From Klebsormidium nitens (lineage: Eukaryota > Plantae > Klebsormidiophyceae), in assembly GCA_000708835.1 (NCBI GenBank), contig DF236956.1, forward strand, positions 124,001 through 188,000: a stretch of 64,000 bases of DNA, in the 5' to 3' direction. Positions 50,101 through 60,537 of the stretch are shown one piece after another. Every line of letters begins with the position of its first letter. Position 1 is the stretch's first letter. The notes below the pieces were generated by a model. The model was not told the origin of the DNA and did no database searches. It saw only the letters and a program-made list of their open reading frames with translations. A program made the position numbers and the translations under genes.

Positions 50101-53100
50101 TAGTCGCTTTTCCACCCTCTTCCCACGATCAGCAAAAGCATAAGCCCAATGCATAAGCTGAACCCTAACTCCCGTCTTAGTGGCTAGATCATCAGGTTGA
50201 CCCGCATTTTCACCACTTTGGAGCGATGAAGCTGTTCACCTTTCTTCAGACCCTTTCCCAACCCGCCCTTAACCCTTCTCCTCAGGGGCTGGATCACTGA
50301 CGAGCCGGCGCCGAACACGCTTAACTACGCCGGCAACGAGCCGTTCATTGCCTGGGTGCAAAGCTCGAACCTGTCCCTATGGGGACCCCAGATTGTGTGG
50401 GATGACCTCAACAACGGGATCCCCCAATGGGTGCAGCAGCAAGTGGCGGCCGGGGTGCGTAAGCAGGCCCTTTCAGATTTGCAAGGTTTGTGTTAAGTCA
50501 AGGTTTGAGGCGATTCGAAATGTTAGGGTTTCTAGAGTCCTTGACTGGGTGCAGCAGCAAGTGGGGGCCAGGGTTCGTAAGGAAGCTTTTCAGGGTTTCA
50601 GGGTTACCTTTAAGACCGACAAGAACCAACTTCACCTCACAGTTTAAGGTTTTTGAGTTCAGGCGAATGAGGTCAATCAGGTTTCCAGGATATCCTAGTG
50701 AGTGGAACCTGGTCGTCGCTTTTGTGCACAATTGCAAACGCCCGCAGTAGCACCGCCGTCACACGGTTCTTTTGGAGCAAATCGGACCGTCCGTTGACAG
50801 CCACGTGTCGCCTCCGCAGGGCAACCTCGACGCGCTGATCGCGCAGCGCGCAATCAGGGCCATGAACGCGGCGGACGGTCGTTACGTCACTGTGACGGTG
50901 GACAATGAGGGCATCCACAATACGTACATCCCCAGAAACGCCAACGGGATAGACAGCATCGGTGCGTTGGTTTCCTCCATGAGTCCCTTCAGCTGGTTCA
51001 GCTTGGCAAGAGTAAAAAGAATAGCTTTCAGCGTTTGCTCTGGGCTCTTTACCTTGTGCGTTCTGAGAGGGGCGTTTCCTCTGAATTGCGCTTTCACGAC
51101 CCTGTCTCCAACTAATATTCAATGATTCCAAACCATTTTCCGAGGAACTTCGTTCTTGTTAACCACCCGAGTCGCTCCGTTTTGCCGGGGCCATTGACAG
51201 ACGTTCCAGCTCTTTGGACGTGAAGTCAAATTCTTTTCTGGTATTTCAAAAGCTTGAAGTCCTCGAGAACCAGTTCGCTCTGGCCACTCACGAACGTTTT
51301 GTTCCTGGACCTGCAGTCGAGATGTTCACTACGGTCCGTTCCGCCGACCTCGCAATCGGCCACAACACGCCCATCACCTTCAACGAGTACAGTGAGCGCG
51401 CCGCGCCTATTTCCTTGACTTCATCAGTTGTCTTTTTGCTCGCTTTCGTGTTCCGTCCTCTTGTTTGAGAGTTGGGTATTTTGCGACCTTTTTCACCGAC
51501 CTGCTTTTGCCGTGCATGGGCTCTCGTAAAAGTAAGACGCCTCTGGGGAATCTGCCAAACGCCGAGCCGCTTGCTCAACGTGACGTTCACATCAGTGTGG
51601 CACTTGACCTGAGTCATAACTCGAGTACGCTCGCCTAAATGCGCCCTCGTCGTAGCCTTTGCAAAACGGAGCGCATGTCCTCGGAAACTCGGGGTTAGGA
51701 GATGTGGAAGGCAGAGGGACTCTTCAGTCCTCCTACTTTGCTTGCCTAATAAGATCTGACTTCCTTCAAAATGTTGCAATGCAGATGTCGGCGAGAGCTG
51801 CTACTACAACTTCCCACTTCAAGTAAGTCACCCGCCTTGTCTACTTGCCCCACTGCGCTCAAAGTCAAGTTCATTTCTCATATGATGGCACTCGAAAAGG
51901 CTCTTCGGTCACAGAGTCCGGTTACGAACCTCGACCCTGGTTTGACTGCGCAACGTCAGATTTGTGCCTCTTTGTTGAGCGGTAGCACACTCGGAAATGC
52001 GTTTTTGCTCTGCATTCTCTGCTAAACCCCAAACCCCGGAGCGACTCACAGCTGTACCGACTCTCTGCAGAACGGCGGAGACCCCGTATCTCCTGACAAC
52101 TACATCGACCGGATCAACTTCCTGAACGCTCAGGGGGCGGGCCAGCTGGTGAATGTAGCGGGGCTGCAGTTCCAAATCACGCCCAACGAGAACGAGGCGC
52201 AGCGCATGAGCATCGGTAAGGGAACCACCTTGCGCTGTGCTTTTGAGTGCTTTATTTGCGGAGGACGGAAGAACGTGGCTTTTGTCGCGGGGTCCTGTCC
52301 GCGCCTTGGCTATCATCCCATCTATCGACGGTTATTTGCGGCTTTCCACCAAGCTGTGAGTGAGAACCCGGAAGGCGGGACTCCAAACCGGCGACAATTC
52401 TCTGTCGCCCGGTTCTGTTATACTCCTGTGTTCTGAATGTGGAAGATTTGGAAAGGTTCTCTTCTTTCGCACTGCGTATACATGAAGGGGGCTCCCTTGA
52501 AACGGTTCTCTATCCTTCTTAAAGTCCCTCGACCGAGACTGGCCGGACCGAAAGAAAGCTTGTTGAGCAAGAGCATTCGTAGGAGGACACCCTTACATTT
52601 GAGCATTTTCTCCTTCTAAAACATTCGAGTTGTGTTGACAGAATCAAAAACAGATTCTGCCAGATTCTAGAAGCCTTATCGCGCTCACCTTACGTTTTCA
52701 GGCATCGACTACATCCACAACCGCACGGGCCTTCCCATCCAAGTCACTGAGTTCAACGTCAACGTCGGGTTCGGCAACGGTTACCCCTTCGACCGCACCT
52801 ACCAGGCAAACATCGTCGAGACATCGCTCCGGCAGCTCTTCGCCAACCGCCACGTGTCAGCCATCATGTTCCAGCACATGGTGCCGTACCCGTGGGGCGG
52901 CGATTCGGACGCCACGTGCGGACCGTGCATGTTCGCTTCGGACACGTACGCGCCAAATGCGGCGGGGCAGCGGTACCTCAAGCTGCGGGACGAGTGGACG
53001 ACGCGGGTTACGGACGGGGCGGTTAGCAGCCAAGGCAGCGCTGCGCCGGTGGGTTTTCTATACCTCGTCTTTTACTTTGGGTTTCCGTGACGAGAGACGT

Positions 53101-54493
53101 TAACGGGGCGGTTAACGGTGTTGGGTGCTTGTCTCTTTTCTAAGTTGCCGTGACGAAAGTGGTCGACGGGACGGTTAGCGACCAAGGCAGCGCTGCGCCG
53201 GCGGGTTTTAAGAATCGTTTCTTTCTGAGTTCCCCGGTGACGAGACTGGTTACTGGGCGGTTAAGCTTTCGTCGGCTTTTTGAGCTGCCGTAACAAAGGG
53301 GTTGACGGGGCGATTAGCAGCCAAGGCAGCATTGCGCCGGTATGTTTTGAGTGTTTTATTTGTTTTGGGATCCCGTAAGGAGAGGGATTTCAAAAGTGGT
53401 TAAAAGTTAAGGTAGCACTGCGCATGGTGGTTTTAATCCTTCATTCTTAGCCTCCGTAACGAGAGTGGTTGACGGGGCGGTTAGCAGCCGAGGCTGCATT
53501 GCGCCGGTAGGCTTTCCTCATCTCCTTCTTGAAATTCCGTTAGGAGAGCGATTATCAGGCGGTTCAACAGCCACGGCAGCGCTGCACTGGTGCCAGAAAG
53601 AGCCAGTCCTTCTTTTGGGCTCCCGTAACGGAGTGGTTAACAGGGCGGTTAGCAGGCAAGGCAGCGCTTCGCCGGTGGGTTTAACTCCGGTTCCACTTCC
53701 GCTTTTGGTCCCGTTCTTTTCTTGAACTCTCGTCACATTTCTCTTCTTCTGCGCTTCCGTGGCTTCCATCTACTCTGCTACTACGAAGGTTTGCAAACGT
53801 GTTCCCGGCCACTTTCCTCCCCCTTGCGAGGCCTCGTTTTGTTTTCGGTGATTTTTTCTTCATTCTTCCACGTTCGGCCTTTACGCCGTTATACGCTGCT
53901 CCCTCGCTCGTTGAGTGTTTCGCTTTGACGCCTTTCTTTCAGGCGTCATTACATCACTTTCTTTGCGCCGTTTTCCATTCAGTCGGTGACAAACCCTCGG
54001 GATACCCCAGACACATTCAGGCTCATTGCTACGTCGTGTGGCTCTGTTTCGGCTTGCGTCCCGACCGTTCTTCCTTCTCCTCCGTCAACAGCAAGCAGTC
54101 AGCAAGCCCGCAGGCTTGTTTGACAAGTGGAATGTTCCAGATTAGCTGCAGATGACCTCAACGAAAGATTCCACGCTCAGCGGCGCCTGGATCGTCCCTC
54201 TTTTCTAATGTATAGTGATCTTTTTAACCTGGTTTTTCTCCTCTTTGCCAGTTTTTTTGGCGGCGCTCGCGGTGGCGGTTGTTTGCGTTGGCGCTTATCA
54301 TCCATGCATCAAAATGGTTGTTTGCTGAGAGACTCAAAAACCTTGCTTGCTGCCTTTACAGATGCGCGTGTTCCACGGAACCTACAAGGTTACTTTGAAG
54401 GACTCCAACGGGAATGCTTCCCCGAGTCAGACAATCACGGTCTACAACGATAATGGCGCCAACACAACGCAGGCCTTCGTTGTCAACGTTTAA
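44124..54493 (+). CDS. Multidomain protein: C-type lectin - 2x EGF-like - CBM4/9/22-like - GH10 (xylanase-like) - C-terminal beta domain; N-terminal/signal exon unresolved
   Basis: Phase-compatible exons 44124-44383, 44997-45246 (CTLD: CPSGW...W..AEQHC...GHLAS...CWFG...EPND...ENC), 46007-46243 (EGF: CSCACLPGFAGDGQNC, CLCRSPYVGNGFTC), 46612-46643, 46903-47142 (...HYFSAW|V), 47529-47722 (CWSLIMGAF), 48339-48435, 48948-49042 (GFPW|G), 49584-49682, 50286-50454, 50820-50961 (VDNE), 51317-51391 (FNEYN), 51785-51822, 52071-52215, 52702-53048 (GLPIQVTEFNV), 54362-54493 (RVFHGTYKV). Confidence 0.9.
45740..46010 (+). repeat. Acceptor/branch-region echoes upstream of the EGF exon
   Basis: cag|actgc recurs at 45744 and 45883 before the true site at 46006; cgtaac and (a/g)gccatctcag motifs recur with the same unit. 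Confidence 0.7.
47642..48005 (+). repeat. Donor-junction echoes of the CBM exon end (three copies in total)
   Basis: gcattcacaccgcccaccagctcgcagatgatccgtattggcgt|gtgagt is echoed at about 47801-47855 (donor GTAAGT) and about 47906-48000 (donor GTGAGT). Confidence 0.9.
53013..53682 (+). repeat. Donor-junction echoes of the GH10 penultimate exon end (about 7 degenerate copies)
   Basis: gacggggcggttagcagccaaggcagcgctgcgccg|gtgggttt is echoed at about 53100, 53165, 53304, 53400, 53470, 53555 and 53637. Confidence 0.92.
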
Positions 54494-56525
54494 GTCGTTT
54501 GTGCTTCACGAGATTACGTCTCATTTTTGTAGTCTATTGCATTGGAAGAGGTAACTTATTCTTGGTTAGAATATGGAGGTAAAAATAAACCGGGAGATCA
54601 AAAGCGTATTTGCTTGCTTGAGGTGATATTTTGCACTCGTCGAAATGGAATTGGGTCCGCTTAGTCTGCACGGATCGTTCAGATAAACGTCGCGCACTGT
54701 AAGGTGAAATGAATTGAGGACATTGGCTTTAGTTTGCAATCAGGGTTTCTCATAAGGTTTGTTTTTGGATCAAGGAGGAGATTGCTTAGCAGAGTTACGT
54801 AACTAGGTCCATCCCATGAGGTGAAGCTCCGAAAGTTTGTACGATAAATAAGTTATGCGTTGGAATCATAACAGCTCTAGGATTGGAAGGGCTACATATA
54901 TCCGAAATTCCAACATCATCTTCGGCAGGATCGCTTTTAGCATCATTACTTGGCTGGATTCCATGGATTCTGAAGGAGGAGGTCTATTACTCTACTCCAG
55001 AATTCCTACATCACTTCTGTTTCATGGACTCAAGTGGGCTGCACTTTCTATGTACTCGATCTTCGATCTGTGAACAACGTACTGCATGCAATCATGAAAT
55101 GCGGCCGCGGCTATCTCATCATTAATTCTGAATCACATGCCTCAAAGTGCGTACAGCTGACTTTGGTGGCTTACATGCATGGGCGCGGGGCCGGTCCTAT
55201 AGACATGCAATGACCGAGTGAATGGTCAAACTACGTTATTGAATTAATATATCAAGCCTGGCCGCGGCCGCCCTTATACACGGGCGTGCTCCGCGCTTGA
55301 TTCATTTATATGCATGACAGTACACACCGTCATGCAACTTCATCTCGATCAGATATGCAGTTGCTCCGGATGTTCCAATTAAATTGAACATGGACACTTC
55401 TCTTATAGCCCGTGCGCATCAAAGGCATGGGGCGGTGTGCAGGTACAGGCGCATTGTGAATGCGAAGTTCGCATGGACATGTTCTTGCAACGATATTCGA
55501 CAGCCTAGAACCGAACGAAGAAACGACCTATTCTGCATTTGCACTAACCGCGCTGCCACGAAGTGGCCAGCAGGCGCTATTCTAGGGTCTAAGAACTACG
55601 CCTGCCTAGAAACGACTAATGCTCGTGCTGAATTGATCGAAAGTCCACAATTCGGTCCTCCAATCGAAGCGTCGCCAGTCGCTGTCCCTGCTAGTACCGT
55701 GAGCGGCAGCATCAGAAGATGGTGCCTCGCACACAAGGGGCCTAAGTCGTTATAGCAGCTTTAAGGGCTTGAGCCCACATGCAATGTCCTGCGCAATGGT
55801 TAACAAGCAGCATTGATCCAACGGCAGGGACGCTAGCCCCTCGCTTTGGGATACTGGAAAACCATGCGTTTGTGGACAGGGCAATTTACATGCGGCGGCA
55901 ATAAACCTCATTAGCATACCATATATTATTGAACATCGAACATTCAAAGATGTGTCGATCTATGCCGACATAATTGCTGCGGCGCATATGGCTGGCTGTA
56001 CGTTGCACACGCGCCGATCAACTGCGCGGTCGAGACGCAGGCTGAGTCCGGCGGCTGCCCGGCAATAAAAACACTTGTGGAGCATGCGGCTGTCAAGTAT
56101 ATTTAGTCAGGCATACTATGCAGCATAGTATTTGATGATAAGTGGCATGGGCCTCGGTGTTGAGCAGCCACGGCGCCAGAGCGTACATAAGTTTCAGCTA
56201 GCTCTGAATATTGTACTATGTACCACACTATGATATCCATGCCGCGCAAGCCGGAGCTACAGTAGTAACGATTGTAGCACCATAGACGACCGATGGTCGG
56301 AAAGCCGTTGAGTAGGTTGTATACTGACCAAGCTTCAGTAAGTACGTATACGAAATTGGCCAGAAGCGCGGCCGAGTTGATACTAACACATATATCTCGG
56401 AATGTGGTTCCGCCCGTCCAAACCTCCACACCGCCACAAAGCGGACGCTAACAACTGTCAAGCGCCGCTCCTGACAAAGCAATGACTCTGTCAATCAGGA
56501 TTTGTGGACATTCCAAAATCGGCCG

Positions 56526-57902
56526 CTACTGACCACCCTCAGTGACTTCGCTTGCCTTCAAGTCCAAGCCCGCAAAGTACTCTGCAACATCTCCAGCGCG
56601 CGTCAGCCAAATCTTCTCTGCACTCTGTCTCATTTTTAATACATCCAACGCCCGCCGCAGCTCGTGCAACCGGAACGGCTGCCCCATTATGTATGGATGC
56701 AAAGCAATTCCCATGACGAGAGCCTGGCCCGTCCGCTCAACTTGGCGTTCCATTTCGCGAAGATTGCAAATGATCATGTCGACAAATTCGACGTGAGACC
56801 GGCGGTTGGGGACTATCGTCGGGATGTCGTTTAGTTCTTGGGGATAGGGTACGGACACAATGTGCGATCCGCTCCGCGTGCGCATCCAGAAGGGCTGGTC
56901 GTCGGAAGCCCAGTTGAGAGTGTATTTATACCCGGCCTCCTGCATTTGTGAGCGAAGGTTCAGCAGAAGAATGCAGTGCGCCAACCTGTTACACGATTTG
57001 ACAGGCATGGACCATAGTTTGAAGAGACCTAGGTAGCGACCAAAAGTTGAGAACCAAGCAAACGGCTGTTGCAGGCTCGGTGCTGAATTGGTCCCTTGGA
57101 AGGAAAAGCGGCAGAGCCGATGTGTGCGTACAACAGAGAACCCAAGAGTGAGTGCATCTCAACACTGTTGCAATCGTTGGGTCTTGCCATTGAGGGGGCT
57201 GCACACTGAGATTGATAAATCCTGGACGTTTCCAAGCTATCTCCTGGGATTCTCAAAAATTTCAGCGAGTCAAGGTGGAAAATTTATACGACTCAGCTTC
57301 CAGGCCAACCGGGCAAGCAACAAAAATCAGGAAAGCTCTCTTCCAGACGAGTCTTCTTGACACTGAAGCTCATCTCCTAGATACCCACCCACCTGCAGTA
57401 GATCTGGTGTCACATTACTCTCCGAGATCCAGGGGCTGAGCCACCCCTTTGGCCGCACCCCCCCTTTCGTTTCCAACACCTCCGTCGCCTCCGCAATCAG
57501 CCTCCGTTCCTCGTCCTCTGCCAGCCCCCCCTGCCGCTCGTGGTTCCCCCTCCCGTGCGCAACAATCTCATGCCCCTCCCCCTGAAACGTTTTGAGGAGC
57601 TCAGGACAGTAGCTGTAGATCTCAGAATTTACGAGACAAGAGCACGGGAACTCATACTCTTTCAATAGGTCTAGCAACCGCCACGCCCCAACCCGATTCC
57701 CGTAGTCGCGCCAGGAGAAGTTGAGCACGTCGGGCTGCGTCGGGGGGGGCAGCGCGAGCTGCGCTCCGAGCCCCCCCCCAAAGGAGAAGTGCTCGAGGTT
57801 TATGGCGATGTAGACGGCGAGGCCGGTGTCGTTGGGCCAGCGCCAAGGGGGGCGGTGGAGTATGGGGCTGTAGTCATAGCGGGAGTGCGTGGGGAGGGGC
57901 AT
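56526..57902 (-). CDS. CE4 / NodB-superfamily polysaccharide deacetylase-like hydrolase (PuuE-like subgroup), 307 aa, one intron
   Basis: Exons 57902-57393 and 56939-56526. Motifs WP...LAVYIAINLEHF, NFSWRDYGNRVGAWR, HEIVAHG, PKGWLSPW, TPDLLQ|EAGYKY..W..DDQPFW, VPYPQELND and MGIALHPYIMGQPFR. Confidence 0.93.
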
Positions 57903-58755
57903 TGGGCCAGGAGAAATTGGCACAACTTTTCTAGTGAACCTCCTGGTTTAGAGAAAGGTTTTAGGTTGGGTTAATTCAGTCTTTTGCTGGGGAAACTTAG
58001 TTCAAGATTAGATGAGACTGAAACTAGGAGATTGCTCCGAACCGCTGGCTGTATCAAACCTTTGCAATGTTGCTGATGATGGGGGGCCAGTGACAAGGCA
58101 GTTTCGGCTGGTGGGTCGAGCTTACTGATATGTGAGAACTTGCTGATAGAGCGAGCTTATCAAGAACCCGATTTGCACTGATCAGATGATTGTGATGGAG
58201 TCTGCGCTGCCAGTCGATCAGCGGAGTGAAATGTGGGCCGTAACAAACAGCTTGATGAGCAAAAGGTTGCTGATAAGACTTGTATTGGTGACTACTTATT
58301 CTGAAAGCAGGGGCACAGTGGAACTCGGTATCCAGCTGACCAATTCAAGGTCTGATCACATTTCAGCTCCTTCTGGAAAGATGTTACATAGACTATTGGA
58401 AGGAATCTGACTCGACTCAGCTGCTTCACTGTGCGCCGGGCTTCTTGACGTTTTGCGTGATGCTCTGCAAACGGCCACGGCAATGCTAGTAATACTGCCT
58501 TACAAGGAGTAAGTCGTTTGATGTCTAAAGTAGGTTTGAGGCTGCCACCAACTCTGATGCCCAGGGCCGAGAAAAAGAATGCTGTGCAAATTGCATGCTC
58601 CCCGTTCAGCAGCGAAGATCTGGCCAGACAGCGTTGAATTTGAGCTCCCTGGCTCTGGCCCTGGGCTTGCCCTGCAATATTATTTAATTGTAAATATTCA
58701 AATTTGTATGGCAGCTAGACTCTAGAGCAGTTCGAAGTTCGAACAACGGGTTACC

Positions 58756-58763
58756 TAGGGTTT
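58756..58763. promoter_or_regulatory. Telo-box-like motif TAGGGTTT in the divergent intergenic region
   Basis: Exact reverse complement of AAACCCTA, with a near-copy at about 58769-58777, between the head-to-head deacetylase and small gene. Confidence 0.35.
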
Positions 58764-59010
58764 AGAAAAGGGTTTAGAATTTGCAGGCCGTATGGTCAAC
58801 CGGCAGTATCTACCACTAATCCGTTGCCGTTTCTTGTAAGTGGCGCGAGAACCGGCGTTTTATGTAAGGCCATCATATGTTAACCCGGACGGGTTAAACA
58901 CAACAAATCTTTCTTTGTCCAGGCACCAGAAAAGTTCATTCGAAGGTTCGCGACTCTACAGACTACAGGGAAAGGAGGGCGCCCTTTCTGCAGTAGGAAC
59001 TTCAACTTCT

Positions 59011-59050
59011 CCTCTAGATAGCTTTGCGCTCCTCTAGATAGCTTTGCGCT
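59011..59050. repeat. Exact 20-bp tandem duplication
   Basis: cctctagatagctttgcgct occurs twice in tandem. Confidence 0.9.
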
Positions 59051-59436
59051 TACGACGCAGAAGTTACGTCTTCTGTCGTTCAAGCATCCAACGCTTTCCA
59101 AAAAGGATGCGCTCAACGCGCTGCTTGCAGTGTGCAGGTTGAACGGGCGATGTTCGCAGACTTTGTCATGTGTTATGAGTTTAACCTAGCTTCGAGAGAC
59201 GTTCTTGCCCTGTTCGTGTAGGTTAAGGTCTAGCAAGCAATAGAAAGCTAGTGATAAAACAATGGTAAGCGAGCAGGGTAAACAGGTATAGCTGACGGAG
59301 TTCTCTAAATCACGTTTGTTTGTCATTCAACCAGAAGTAAAGAGCCCGAGCAAATAGTGCAGCAAGGCGGAGTTGGTCAGGACAACCCTCCCGGATTTCT
59401 CACCCAGCCGGTGGTGACAAATCAGGAGCGGCCCGG

Positions 59437-60537
59437 ATGTCAGGGCCGTCCTCTCTGTTCAACCAATCGCTGGACGTGCTTGTGAAGAACATCGACAAGG
59501 TCGTTTCGCTGGAAGCTCTGCCAGAGGAAGTTTTGGTGTTACTCTTCCAGGTGAGTTCACCACCTGTGAGTAGGGACACAGCTATTAGCCCGTTGTCCTT
59601 TCTGAACACTTATCTGAAGTGCTTTATAGATTCTAGAGTGCATCTCCTACACAAGTTTTCAGGTCGAAGATTTGTGCCTTTGGCTTAGCAGGTAGTAGCC
59701 AAGGTTAAGCTGTTGGTGGAGCTTCTCTGATCAACTAGCTGAACAGTAGCTGTGCTAGAACTTCTACCCAATTGATGTTATAACTAGCATGACCAGGTTG
59801 AGCTCACCGTTCCTGCGTTGTACTCGGACCAGTGCTCTGAAGAGACAGGGCAGCTTCGAATCAGTAGGCATGCCAGCGACCTTGACCATAACGAGCAGTT
59901 GTTCAATTGGAAATGTCGGAGGATGTTCCTGGCTGTGGCGCTAAGGTGGGAGAAGCAAGCTACACAATTGATTCATATGGGACGCTCTCATAAGTTGACA
60001 GTTCTTCGGCCAGGGCTCCTGCAATAGTAACCCGAGTTTTCTCATCTTCCTTACGGGGAGATGGAGCACGCCTCGTATTTACGCCAAGGGCCGAAAGCCA
60101 TTCAGGTCAATGTATTCCTATATTGAACGCAGATATGTAGATATATTCGTGAGGAGTTCATCTCTGTGAGTTCTTTCTTGCCATGCAGCGGATCCTCCAG
60201 GCTGGCAAGCTGAACGAGAAAGTCCTCGAGTTGTTCCTACGAGAGTCCGACAAGCACAGAGAACTGATTGACAGCCTCCAATCTCTCCACATACAGCGTC
60301 CGCCAGCAATTTTGCCAACTCGTGAGTTTCCCCGCAGTACACGCCAAGCCAGGCTTTTGCTGGTTCTTAGGGCAGACTGATTACTTGGACGAGATTTCTG
60401 AAGCTGCTCTATCTTTTATCTACCTTTGCTCATGATGGAAGTGGCGGAGCTTTCAGTCAGGGTGCCTAGGAAAAGAGTGCTCAGACGACTCGACCTCGCT
60501 TTCTGTCTGTGCAGGTTGTTCTTATCGTGGTGTTTGA
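59437..60537 (+). CDS. Small (89 aa) plant-type protein of unknown function
   Basis: Exons 59437-59550, 60189-60321 and 60515-60537 give MSGPSSLFNQSLDVLVKNIDKVVSLEALPEEVLVLLFQRILQAGKLNEKVLELFL...PAILPTRCSYRGV*. Splice sites are strong and phase-compatible. From memory it resembles a small conserved land-plant protein (PSL...LP......LF...L..GKLNE..L.LF...PILPTRC); not verified. Confidence 0.7.

Noticed and set aside
50520-50605. TTAGGG/TTTCAGGG telomere-like motifs (similar ones near 34586, 52022 and 57950)
   Set aside because: Too short and degenerate to be interstitial telomeric arrays.
53013-53682. Repeat-spacer-like pattern resembling a CRISPR array
   Set aside because: The units are degenerate copies of the adjacent exon end with irregular, mutually related spacers; the context is a eukaryotic intron with no cas genes.
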